DNA from: a virus
Taxonomy: Duplodnaviria; Heunggongvirae; Uroviricota; Caudoviricetes
Virus record (IMG/VR): IMGVR_UViG_3300012347_000377
Location: 192,001 to 256,000 of that record
Direction: 5' to 3' (one strand)
Length of the DNA: 64,000 nucleotides
Numbering within the stretch: position 1 is the first letter of the stretch; each line of letters opens with the position of its first letter. The notes beneath the pieces were generated by a model. That model ran no database searches, was not told where the DNA came from, and saw nothing but the letters and a program-made list of their open reading frames with translations. This document shows, one piece after another, positions 9,784 to 20,778 of this stretch. Both the position numbers and the translations under genes were made by a program.

Positions 9784-10956
9784 ATGCAGATAGAATTATC
9801 ACATTCAATCAAAAATGATAAATACACACAATATGTGTATGATACATTTGATATTCAAAACACAGATGAAACTAGAGTAATTATCCCAATGGATATATCA
9901 TCTCTAAATTCATTTGATTGGAATATTGGTGTCATTTATGGTAGTAGTGGTAGTGGTAAATCTACTATATTAAAAGAATTGGGTGGTATTAATAAAGTTC
10001 AATTTGATACTGAAAAATCCCTAATTTCAAACTTTGATTGGTTAGAACCAAACGAAGCAGGAAAAGTTTTAACATCAATGGGATTATCATCTATACCAAC
10101 GTGGTTACGTCCTTTTCACTTATTAAGTAATGGAGAACAATACCGAGCTGAATTAGCATATTTAGTTTCTTCTGCAAAAGATGGTGATACGATTTTAATA
10201 GATGAATATACATCAGTAGTAGATAGAGATGTTGCAAAAGCAATGTCATTTGCATTACAAAAATATATTCGTAGAGAAAATAAAAAGATTATTCTAGCAT
10301 CGTGTCATAACGATATAATGGAGTGGTTGATGCCTGATTGGACACTTTCACCCCAAAAAGGAGGCACACTCGAAAGAGGTGAATGGCTTCGGCAAGGGAG
10401 ACCAAACATCGAACTTCAAATTAGTAGGGTTGAACCTAAAGCTTGGGATTTCTTCAAAAAACATCATTATTTAACAGAAAATGTAAACAACACTTATATT
10501 TTTTTATTGTTTGAATGGAATGGAAACCCAGTTGCAATAAATGTAATTGGAAGACATATTGGTAGAAATAGTGTAGAAAAATCATTTAGAGAAAGTAGGA
10601 TTGTAGTTAATCCAGATTATCAAGGAATGGGTATTGGCAGTAAAGTGTCAGAGTTTTGTGCAGGAATAATAAAAAATACGAATGCTAAATATTATACTAA
10701 GACAGTAAATCCTGCATTAGGAGAATATAGAGAAAATAATCCTAATTGGAAACCAACACCTTTTAATGGTAAAATCAGAACTGATAAAAACTTACAAAAA
10801 AACGCATATACGATGTTAAAACTACGGGCATCATATTGTCATGAATATGTTGGTAATCCGATTGATGGGTATGATGAATTATTACAACCAATATCGGAAA
10901 TGAGAAACAATAAAAATATAAATTCAGAAACGTTAAATAAGTTTTTTCAATTTTAG
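9784..10956 (+). CDS. ABC-type ATPase fused to GNAT acetyltransferase
   Basis: Walker A GSSGSGKS, signature LSNGEQYR, Walker B LIDE, ASCH; GNAT motif A RIVVNPDYQGMGIG. Confidence 0.85.
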   Translation: MQIELSHSIKNDKYTQYVYDTFDIQNTDETRVIIPMDISSLNSFDWNIGVIYGSSGSGKSTILKELGGINKVQFDTEKSLISNFDWLEPNEAGKVLTSMGLSSIPTWLRPFHLLSNGEQYRAELAYLVSSAKDGDTILIDEYTSVVDRDVAKAMSFALQKYIRRENKKIILASCHNDIMEWLMPDWTLSPQKGGTLERGEWLRQGRPNIELQISRVEPKAWDFFKKHHYLTENVNNTYIFLLFEWNGNPVAINVIGRHIGRNSVEKSFRESRIVVNPDYQGMGIGSKVSEFCAGIIKNTNAKYYTKTVNPALGEYRENNPNWKPTPFNGKIRTDKNLQKNAYTMLKLRASYCHEYVGNPIDGYDELLQPISEMRNNKNINSETLNKFFQF

Positions 10957-10988
10957 TTTGGAAATATCAAAAAAATATAGTATCTTTG
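10957..10988 (+). promoter_or_regulatory. Bacteroidota-type -33/-7 promoter (TS-like/AsnB/PLP unit)
   Basis: TTTG at 10957, TATCTTTG at 10981. Confidence 0.85.
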
Positions 10989-11018
10989 TTATGATACTAA
11001 AACTATAAAATAAATAAT

Positions 11019-11717
11019 ATGACAGTAATAGAAGCAACATCACCCGGCGATGCATGGGTAAAAGTATCCAAACATCTTATCCAAAACGGAGTAAAAGTAG
11101 GTGATTTGACTGAAGAATTGAATGTGATGACTGAAATCACCGAATTTCAATCTGATGATTGGTTTGATCCACATTTTAGAGAAATTATGGGTGATGATAG
11201 AATTGATTACGCAAAGACTGTAACATTCTTAGAACCACAGCCACACGTTTCAGATAGTCCATTCTTTGCAGCCGAAGAAGGATTGGAATATAAATTCATT
11301 AAAGATAAATGGAGTGATTCTTATTGGGGTAGAATGGTTGCATGGCAAGGAACATTCAATCAGGTGGAAAATGTAATCAAAATCTTAAAGACTGGTAAAG
11401 CAGTTAAGAGATGTGAATTGATTATCTTTGACCCGAGTAGAGATGCTAGAAATCCATACTCACAACCTTGTATGTTAGCAATCGATATTAAACCTCGTAA
11501 TGGTAAAATCTATCTAACATCAATCATTCGTTCAAACAGAGTATCTAAATCAGGTTATGCAGATTACACTGCATTGGTTGAGATGGGTAAATTCTTAGCG
11601 AAAGAAAGTGATATGGAATTAGGAAAAGTATCTGTTTTGGCTTGTTCTTGTCATATCGGTAAAATGAATGATGAAACCAAAAAGACTCATAGGTTATTAG
11701 AAGTATTAAATAGATAA
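11019..11717 (+). CDS. Divergent thymidylate synthase / dCMP hydroxymethylase-like protein
   Basis: SYWGRM..NQVENVI, catalytic QPCM, IRSN, GYAD, SCHI align with TS-fold motifs. Confidence 0.8.
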   Translation: MTVIEATSPGDAWVKVSKHLIQNGVKVGDLTEELNVMTEITEFQSDDWFDPHFREIMGDDRIDYAKTVTFLEPQPHVSDSPFFAAEEGLEYKFIKDKWSDSYWGRMVAWQGTFNQVENVIKILKTGKAVKRCELIIFDPSRDARNPYSQPCMLAIDIKPRNGKIYLTSIIRSNRVSKSGYADYTALVEMGKFLAKESDMELGKVSVLACSCHIGKMNDETKKTHRLLEVLNR

Positions 11718-11718
11718 T

Positions 11719-13224
11719 ATGTGTGGAATTGTAGCAACAATAGGTTATAGTAAAGAAGATGTAAATGATATGCTTGAAGCAATCGAACATCGTGGTAGAG
11801 ATAATCGCGGTATTAGAGAATTTAAGTATGGTGATAAACAAATAGTTTTAGGTCACAATCGTTTATCAATTAATGACACATCACCATTAGGTAATCAACC
11901 AATGGAATTTGATGGTGTTCAATTAGTTGTAAATGGTGAGATATGGAATTACCCACAACTGCGTAAAGAATATGAAGAAAGAGGATATGAATTCAAATCA
12001 AATTCAGATTCGGAAATTATTTTATTCTTATATAAAGAAGGTGAATTAAAAAGATTAGATGGTATGTTTTCATTTATCATCTATGATAATAATAAATTAA
12101 TTTTATCCAGAGATTGGGTTGGTAAATTACCATTATACATTTACAATACAAATAAGTATATTGTAGCAAGTGAGTTGAAATCAATTACTACACAACATAA
12201 AACATCTGATATAAAATTCGTTCCAAAAAATTCATTAGTTGAAATTGATTTGGATACTGATAAAATTAAAATAAACGAAAATTATTATTTCCAATTTTCA
12301 TCAGAAACTACGCAAGTTTCATCACATGAAGAAGTTGCAGAAACTACTTTCAAATTATTAGAAAGAGCAGTAGATAAAAGATTATTATCTGATGTTCCAA
12401 TTGCAACATCATTAAGTGGTGGAATTGATTCTGCAGTAATTACTTATCTATTAAAACAACGAATTCCTAACTTAAAAGCATATACCATTGCATTTGATGA
12501 AACTTCAAAGGATTTACAAAAGGCAAGAGTTTGTGCAAAATATTTAGGAGTGGAGTTGGTTGAGGTATTCGTTCCTAAAAATGATGAAATCATTAAACAA
12601 CGTTTTTTAGATTCAATTAAAGTTATTGAATATCCATCAACCGTTCAAATGGAAGTTGGTATTTTACAATCATTCATAGCAGAACAAATGGCTAGTGATG
12701 GGATTAAAGTAGCATTTAGTGGTGAAGGTAGTGATGAATCATATGGTTCATATGGAACTTTCCGTATGTTCAGTAAGAAACCTGATTGGAGTGATGTTCG
12801 TAAAAAATTATTTGAAAAACAATACTATGGAAACTTACTAAGAGGTAATACTATCTTTATGAATTATGGAACAATTGAATTAAGATGTCCATTCTTTGAT
12901 ACTGATTTCTTAAATTACACAACTAATCTAACTGATGAATTTTTATGTAAAGGTGGTCAATGGAAAAGACCTCTTGCAGATGGATTTAGAGGTAAATTAC
13001 CAGATGAAATATTAGACCAAGAAAAAAGAGCATTCCAAAAAGGAACTAACTTTAAACAATACATAGAAGATATTATCTTAAATGATCCTAACATCAATTT
13101 CAAAAATAGAAAAAAGATGATTAATGTTATTGGTGATAATTTTGAAAAAATACATGGATTCTCTCATAGAAAGATGAAAGGAGAATTAACATCAAACGCA
13201 GGAGGGATATACCAATGGATATAA
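11719..13224 (+). CDS. asnB: Asparagine synthase (glutamine-hydrolysing)-like amidotransferase
   Basis: N-terminal MCGI nucleophile, HRG, HNRLSI, NGEIWN, SDSE; SLSGGIDS PP-loop; SGEGSDE; ELRCPF. Confidence 0.92.
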   Translation: MCGIVATIGYSKEDVNDMLEAIEHRGRDNRGIREFKYGDKQIVLGHNRLSINDTSPLGNQPMEFDGVQLVVNGEIWNYPQLRKEYEERGYEFKSNSDSEIILFLYKEGELKRLDGMFSFIIYDNNKLILSRDWVGKLPLYIYNTNKYIVASELKSITTQHKTSDIKFVPKNSLVEIDLDTDKIKINENYYFQFSSETTQVSSHEEVAETTFKLLERAVDKRLLSDVPIATSLSGGIDSAVITYLLKQRIPNLKAYTIAFDETSKDLQKARVCAKYLGVELVEVFVPKNDEIIKQRFLDSIKVIEYPSTVQMEVGILQSFIAEQMASDGIKVAFSGEGSDESYGSYGTFRMFSKKPDWSDVRKKLFEKQYYGNLLRGNTIFMNYGTIELRCPFFDTDFLNYTTNLTDEFLCKGGQWKRPLADGFRGKLPDEILDQEKRAFQKGTNFKQYIEDIILNDPNINFKNRKKMINVIGDNFEKIHGFSHRKMKGELTSNAGGIYQWI

Positions 13225-14054
13225 GATTGAAAGGATTGAACGAAGATACTCCATTAGAACTTTACCATATTAAAGGTAGAGAGGTGTGGGTAAAAAGAGA
13301 TGACCTAATGGGTGATGGAACACAATTACCGCCATGGGGTAAACTAGCAGCATTATATGAGTTGGTTAAAAAATATGTGGATAAATCAAAACCTCTAACC
13401 CATCTTTCAGTAGATGGTAGTTGGACAGGTTGGGCACTTGCAGCAATATGTGAAAGTTTGGATATAGAATTTTATGTATCATATCCAGATTCAAAAAAGA
13501 TTTCGCAAGAATATTTGGGAATGATTAAAGAAATGTTTCCAAAAGTTCATATGAATCCAATCAGACCTAATATGATGCAGATTATGTATAATTCACTTCG
13601 AGGTCAAGCTAAAGAAAACGGATGGCAAATGCTACCTTATGCTTTTGACCACGATTTTTATAAAGATTATCTTGCGGAAAGAATTCAACCATTTACTCAT
13701 TTTGATAATTTAGTTGTATCATCTGGCAGTGGAGTGACACTTGCAGGATTAGCAAGAGGTTATTATAGAGAAGAACTTAAAGAGTTTTTTCCAAAGGTAA
13801 CTAGAAAAATTTGGACAACATGTGTATCATCGGAAAGTTCAATTAATAAAACATTAAAGAAAAGTGGAATTCCAATTCCTCTTAAAGTGAGAAAATCGGA
13901 ATATCTTTTTGAAGACCGAATTGATGGATATTCAGCTCCATTTCCATGTAATCAATTTTGGGATATAAAGCAATGGAAATGGTTAGAAGAAAATATAGAC
14001 CAAATTGAAGGAACTATACTTTTTTGGAATGTTGGTGGAATTTATAAATTCTAA
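13215..14054 (+). CDS. Fold-type II PLP-dependent enzyme (PALP; ACC deaminase/D-cysteine desulfhydrase-like)
   Basis: TPL, VWVKRDD, PPWGK lysine, SSGSGVTLAGL phosphate loop, LFWNVGG. Confidence 0.8.
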   Translation: MDIRLKGLNEDTPLELYHIKGREVWVKRDDLMGDGTQLPPWGKLAALYELVKKYVDKSKPLTHLSVDGSWTGWALAAICESLDIEFYVSYPDSKKISQEYLGMIKEMFPKVHMNPIRPNMMQIMYNSLRGQAKENGWQMLPYAFDHDFYKDYLAERIQPFTHFDNLVVSSGSGVTLAGLARGYYREELKEFFPKVTRKIWTTCVSSESSINKTLKKSGIPIPLKVRKSEYLFEDRIDGYSAPFPCNQFWDIKQWKWLEENIDQIEGTILFWNVGGIYKF

Positions 14055-14062
14055 TCAAAACA

Positions 14063-14094
14063 TTTGGAAATACGGAAATAATTTCGTATCTTTG
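14063..14094 (+). promoter_or_regulatory. Bacteroidota-type -33/-7 promoter (DNA polymerase)
   Basis: TTTG at 14063, TATCTTTG at 14087. Confidence 0.85.
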
Positions 14095-14117
14095 TAAAAC
14101 AATAAAAATAAATAATT

Positions 14118-16628
14118 TTGTATAAAAACGTCTACTTTCAACGAGAGAAAAATACTGTCCACTTATGGGATGACCATTTAGGATATAGAACTTTTCCATA
14201 TACTCGTTATGCATATGAACCTGCTGAGAATGGAACATTCCGTTCTATCTATGGTGATAAACTTTCTAAAATATACAAATTCAAAGGAGATGACCCTGGT
14301 TTATTCGAATCAGATGTACCCGAAACTACAAGAGTATTGGTAGATACATACACCGAATCAGATTTACCATCCGAAGGAATCGTAACGATGACATTCGATA
14401 TTGAGGTAGAAATGGAATCGGGTCTACCAAACGTAGAAGAAGCTAAGAATGAATTAACTGCAATCGGTCTAAATGATAATATCACTAATCAATATTGGGT
14501 ATTGATTATGGATAAGAAAGGTAAGATGGTAGAAAGAACTACCGATAAAGCAATTATCTTACCATTCAAAGATGAGAGAGATTTGTGTATGAAATTCCTA
14601 GAGTTGTATGAAGGAATACAACCGGATATTTTAACTGGTTGGAATATTGATAATTTCGATATTCCGTATCTATTTAATCGTATTAAACGTATCTTAGGTG
14701 AACAACACGCAAAGAGATTATCACCTATTGGTCAGGCATTCTATTCACCATACCGAAATCGTTGGTTCTTCGCAGGTGTAAGTTGTTTAGATTATTTAGA
14801 ATTATATAAGAAATTTAACTACAATGAATTACCTAACTATCGATTAGATACAATCGGAACGATTGAATTAGGTAAAGGTAAGATTGAGTATCAAGGTTCA
14901 TTGGATGATTTATTTAATGAAGATATTGAAAAGTTCATTGAGTATAACTTAGTCGATGTTGAAATTGTTGTAGAGTTAGATAAGAAATTACAATTCATTG
15001 ATTTATGTAGAGGTATTTGTCATGCAGGGCACGTTCCATATGAGGATTTCGTATATTCCTCAAAATATTTGGAGGGTGCATTGTTATGTTTCCTTAAACG
15101 TAAAGGATTGGTTGCACCAAATAAACCAGCAGATAGAAAAGAGAAATTACAGGCTCTTAAAGATGCAGGACAAGAAAAGTTTATTGGTGCATATGTGAAA
15201 GACCCGATTGTGGGTAAATATGATTGGGTATATGACTTGGACTTAACATCACTATATCCATCAATCATTATGACCTTAAACATTTCACCCGAAACAAAAG
15301 TGAATAAGGTTGAGAATTGGGATGTTCAAACTTTTATGAAAAAAGAAGTTGATTATTACCAAATGGGTGAAGATAGAATCTCCAGAGATAATTTGGATAA
15401 GTATATCAGAGAAGGTGATTTAACAATATCATCCAACGGCGTATTATATCGTAAAGACAAAATGGGATGTATTCCCGAGATATTAGATATTTGGTTTAAT
15501 GAAAGGGTTGAATTTAGAAAGCTTGAAAAGAAATACGGTCAAGAGGGTGATAAAGAAAAATATGCCTTTTACGGCAAAAGACAGTTGGTTCAAAAAATTC
15601 TACTTAACTCTCTTTATGGTGTTCTTGGTCTTCCTGCCTTTCGGTTTTACGATGTTGATAATGCGGAGGCAGTTACTACTACGGGTCAAACGGTTATTAA
15701 AAACACGGCCAATATGGGGAACATCAAATACAACAAAGAATTAGGAACGAAAGATGTGGATTCAAATATCTACATTGATACGGATTCTGTATTCTTCTCA
15801 GCAGTTCCATTACTAGACCATAGACATAAAGATTGGAAATCAATGCCTGATAGTGAAGTTGCGGTATTAGTGGATGGTATTGCGGGTGAAGTTCAAGATT
15901 ATCTAAATAAGTTTTATGATATTTTATGTGATAAGTTCTTTAATGTTCAGAATCACCGATTGGAAATTAAAAAAGAATACGTTGCACGAGCAGGTATTTG
16001 GATTGCAAAGAAGAGATACGCACAATGGATTATTTCCAACAATGGTATTGCAACTGATAAATTAGATGTTAAGGGATTAGACGTAAAACGTTCATCATTC
16101 CCTAAAGCATTTCAGGAGTGCATGGGAACTGTCTTAATTGATATTCTACGAAGTAAACCCGAAGAAGAAATCACAGCTTTTATTCTTGCTTTTAAGAAGA
16201 GTATGATGGAAAGACCAGTTTCGGAGATTGCAAAGAACTCTGCGGTAAAACACTTATCAAAGTATCTACCAAAGAAAAGACAATTGTTTCAATTAGAAAA
16301 GGGAGTTCCCGCACACGTTAAAGCAGCAATCCTATATAATGATTGTTTGAAACATTTCAACGCACCATTCAAATATTCACCGATGAAAGATGGTGATAAA
16401 GTAAAATGGGTATATCTTAAAAATAACCCATTGGGAATTGATGGATTGGCATTTACAGGTTATGAAGACCCGAAGGAGATTGTTGATTTTATTTCAACTT
16501 ATGTTGACCACAATCGAATCTTCGAGGCGGAATTAAAAGGTAAACTACAAGATTTTTATAATGCATTGAGTTGGGGTGAAGTTATGAGTGAACAGAAAAC
16601 TGCTGAGAAATTCTTTAGTTTCGGTTAG
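14118..16628 (+). CDS. Family B DNA polymerase
   Basis: Exo FDIE, GWNIDNFDIPY; pol DLTSLYPSII, KILLNSLYG, YIDTDS, KKRY. Confidence 0.97.
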   Translation: MYKNVYFQREKNTVHLWDDHLGYRTFPYTRYAYEPAENGTFRSIYGDKLSKIYKFKGDDPGLFESDVPETTRVLVDTYTESDLPSEGIVTMTFDIEVEMESGLPNVEEAKNELTAIGLNDNITNQYWVLIMDKKGKMVERTTDKAIILPFKDERDLCMKFLELYEGIQPDILTGWNIDNFDIPYLFNRIKRILGEQHAKRLSPIGQAFYSPYRNRWFFAGVSCLDYLELYKKFNYNELPNYRLDTIGTIELGKGKIEYQGSLDDLFNEDIEKFIEYNLVDVEIVVELDKKLQFIDLCRGICHAGHVPYEDFVYSSKYLEGALLCFLKRKGLVAPNKPADRKEKLQALKDAGQEKFIGAYVKDPIVGKYDWVYDLDLTSLYPSIIMTLNISPETKVNKVENWDVQTFMKKEVDYYQMGEDRISRDNLDKYIREGDLTISSNGVLYRKDKMGCIPEILDIWFNERVEFRKLEKKYGQEGDKEKYAFYGKRQLVQKILLNSLYGVLGLPAFRFYDVDNAEAVTTTGQTVIKNTANMGNIKYNKELGTKDVDSNIYIDTDSVFFSAVPLLDHRHKDWKSMPDSEVAVLVDGIAGEVQDYLNKFYDILCDKFFNVQNHRLEIKKEYVARAGIWIAKKRYAQWIISNNGIATDKLDVKGLDVKRSSFPKAFQECMGTVLIDILRSKPEEEITAFILAFKKSMMERPVSEIAKNSAVKHLSKYLPKKRQLFQLEKGVPAHVKAAILYNDCLKHFNAPFKYSPMKDGDKVKWVYLKNNPLGIDGLAFTGYEDPKEIVDFISTYVDHNRIFEAELKGKLQDFYNALSWGEVMSEQKTAEKFFSFG

Positions 16629-16634
16629 AATGTA

Positions 16635-16675
16635 TGACAATGTGTCAGTATAATGAAAGATGGTATTAAAATTGA
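16635..16675 (+). promoter_or_regulatory. TGACA-N3-TGTCA palindrome plus sigma54-like -24/-12 element upstream of groEL
   Basis: TGACAATGTGTCA at 16635-16647; TGGTATTAAAATTGA at 16661-16675. Confidence 0.5.
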
Positions 16676-16684
16676 ATATAATAG

Positions 16685-18343
<1,659 letters not shown>

Positions 18344-18362
18344 AAAAATAAATGGGATTATG

Positions 18363-18394
18363 TTTGGTAAATCCAAAAAATATTCGTATATTTG
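18363..18394 (+). promoter_or_regulatory. Bacteroidota-type -33/-7 promoter (sliding clamp unit)
   Basis: TTTGGTAAATCCAAA at 18363, TATATTTG at 18387. Confidence 0.85.
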
Positions 18395-18423
18395 TATAAA
18401 TAAATTTAAAATCAATAAATAAA

Positions 18424-19137
18424 ATGGAAAAACAAAAATTAAATCGTTTCGTTAGTAAATACAACCTTGCGGGGTTAGTAGAGTCAGTAAAGTGGGAATC
18501 AAAGAATGGTTCATTAAACACATCATTCATTTCAGATGATAAATCTGTATTGGGTAGTGTATCTATGAAAGCATTTGATAATTCCGATTCATCATTTGGT
18601 GTATATGATACAACCAAATTAACAAAAATGTTGTCAGTATTGGGTGATGCAGTAGATTTTTCAATCTCCGATATTGAAGGTAAAGCAGTATCATTAAAAT
18701 TCAAAGATGGTTCAACGTCTGTAAATTATATGTTGGCTGATTTATCAGTTATTCCAAACGTACCGGATTTGAAACAATTACCAAACTTTGATGTTGAAAT
18801 CAAATTGGATTCTAATTTCATTTCAAAGTTCATCCGTGCAAAAGGTGCATTGGCAGATGAGAACAACTTTACATTCACATCTAAGAATGGTAAATCTCAA
18901 ATTATCTTAGGTCATTCTAATATCAACACAAACCGAATTACAATTGATGTTGATGCAACGGTTTCTGCAGATGTAAATGCAATTTCATTCTCTGCAACCT
19001 ACTTAAAAGAAATCTTAGTAGCAAACAAAGAGGCATCTGATGCAACTCTTAACATTTCAACACAAGGTTTAGCTCATATCCACTTTGAGGTAGACGAATA
19101 TACATCTGATTACTACTTAGTGGAGATTCAATCATAA
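18424..19137 (+). CDS. DNA polymerase sliding clamp (gp45/PCNA-like)
   Basis: 237 aa, FGVYDxxKL and C-terminal GLAHIHF...YYLV pattern; sits between polymerase and clamp loader. Confidence 0.8.
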   Translation: MEKQKLNRFVSKYNLAGLVESVKWESKNGSLNTSFISDDKSVLGSVSMKAFDNSDSSFGVYDTTKLTKMLSVLGDAVDFSISDIEGKAVSLKFKDGSTSVNYMLADLSVIPNVPDLKQLPNFDVEIKLDSNFISKFIRAKGALADENNFTFTSKNGKSQIILGHSNINTNRITIDVDATVSADVNAISFSATYLKEILVANKEASDATLNISTQGLAHIHFEVDEYTSDYYLVEIQS

Positions 19138-19138
19138 T

Positions 19139-20773
19139 ATGACTAAACACTTTTACGAACGAAGCAAGTTTTCCGAATTCAAATCTAATACAACTTATCA
19201 TCAGTTATTATCTATGACTGATGATGAGTTTACAGATTGGGCAAGATTATTACGCAAAGAAGTTACTGAACAATGGGATACTACTGGCACTCCACCTGTA
19301 ATTGGTAGAGATGAAGGTGGTATTATTGATTCATTTAAGAAACTGAAAGGTAATGATTGTAATTTTTGGGAAAAGGATTTAAGTGGTGATGATGAATCAT
19401 TAGGAATCATCCAAAACTTTAATAAAGATGCATCGGTTGTAAATCAGTTTTTTCCTACTATGTTGAAAACCAAAATATCAATTGGTAAATCAGCAGATGG
19501 TGGATTATCTATTTATGACCATTTTGCAGACCCTAATTTAGAAGAACAATTTGTTAAAATTATGAGAAGAGCAGTGAAGAGGGATTCAATGTATTCCTGG
19601 TCACGTTCTATTGTAAACAAAAAAGATGAAAATGAATTTTGGGATGGTGAAAATGGTGTAGAATTTATACAAAAAGTTTCAGAGGGTAAAGTATTTACCG
19701 GTAAGTGGTCTGATAATGATATTGTGATTGCTAAAGTTAAAGAAGATACTTTAGATAATTACGGAACGATTAACGATGAATATATTGGATTCGGTAATTT
19801 ATATCTAACTGCAGACCAATTAAGAGAATGTGTTGATAAAGGATACTTAACACCAACACAAATGTCAAACGTAAAATCTATTGATGATGATTACACAATG
19901 GCAGATGGTAAAGTTAAGAAGTTCTTTTATCTAATTCGTTGGTATGATAAGAGTGATGGTATTTTCCCAAAGATATTACAGGTATTCCGTTTAAGTTGTG
20001 GTCAACCCGCAGTAAACTTTCCTGCATTAACTGCTAAGTGGATTTACGAAACTTATACATCACACATCGAACAAGATGAACCTCTTCATATTTACGATTC
20101 ATCAAGTGGATGGGGTGGGAGAATATTAGGTGCAATGAGTTCTCGTAAGAAAACTCACTACATTGGGACAGACCCTAACCCTGATAATTTTATTCCAGAA
20201 TTGGGTATATCTCGTTATGAATATGTTGCTAAGTTTTACAATGATAAATGTGTGGATGATTTTTCAGATTCATTCGCTAAGTTTTTCGATGTGACAAAAC
20301 AAGGTAATACATATGAGTTGTTTCAAGATGGTTCAGAGTTAATCCAACACAATCCTAAATTCCAAAAGTATAAAGGTAAATTAGATTTATCTTTTACATC
20401 ACCTCCATATTTCAATAGAGAACAATATTCTCAAGATGAGAAACAATCATTCAAAGCATATGGTGAATATGAAGATTGGAGAGAAAACTTTTTACGTCCA
20501 ACATTAACAACTATTTTTGAATATACAAAGAATGATAGATATATCCTTTGGAATATTGCAGATATTAAAATTGGTGCAAATACCTACTATCCATTAGAAC
20601 AAGATTCAAGAGATATTTTGTTAGAATTAGGGTGTGAGTATAAGGGTAAGTTGAAGATGTTGATGACACGAATGGTGGGATTAGACCCAACCAAATCAGG
20701 TATTAAAAACGCAGTTAAACATAACGGAAAGGCATACAAATTCGAACCGATATTTGTATTCCATAAAAAATAA
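19139..20773 (+). CDS. SAM-dependent DNA amino-methyltransferase-like protein (paralogue 3)
   Basis: DSSSGWGGRI and FTSPPYF motifs; C-terminal EPIFVF shared with paralogue 1. Confidence 0.85.
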   Translation: MTKHFYERSKFSEFKSNTTYHQLLSMTDDEFTDWARLLRKEVTEQWDTTGTPPVIGRDEGGIIDSFKKLKGNDCNFWEKDLSGDDESLGIIQNFNKDASVVNQFFPTMLKTKISIGKSADGGLSIYDHFADPNLEEQFVKIMRRAVKRDSMYSWSRSIVNKKDENEFWDGENGVEFIQKVSEGKVFTGKWSDNDIVIAKVKEDTLDNYGTINDEYIGFGNLYLTADQLRECVDKGYLTPTQMSNVKSIDDDYTMADGKVKKFFYLIRWYDKSDGIFPKILQVFRLSCGQPAVNFPALTAKWIYETYTSHIEQDEPLHIYDSSSGWGGRILGAMSSRKKTHYIGTDPNPDNFIPELGISRYEYVAKFYNDKCVDDFSDSFAKFFDVTKQGNTYELFQDGSELIQHNPKFQKYKGKLDLSFTSPPYFNREQYSQDEKQSFKAYGEYEDWRENFLRPTLTTIFEYTKNDRYILWNIADIKIGANTYYPLEQDSRDILLELGCEYKGKLKMLMTRMVGLDPTKSGIKNAVKHNGKAYKFEPIFVFHKK

Positions 20774-20778
20774 AACAA

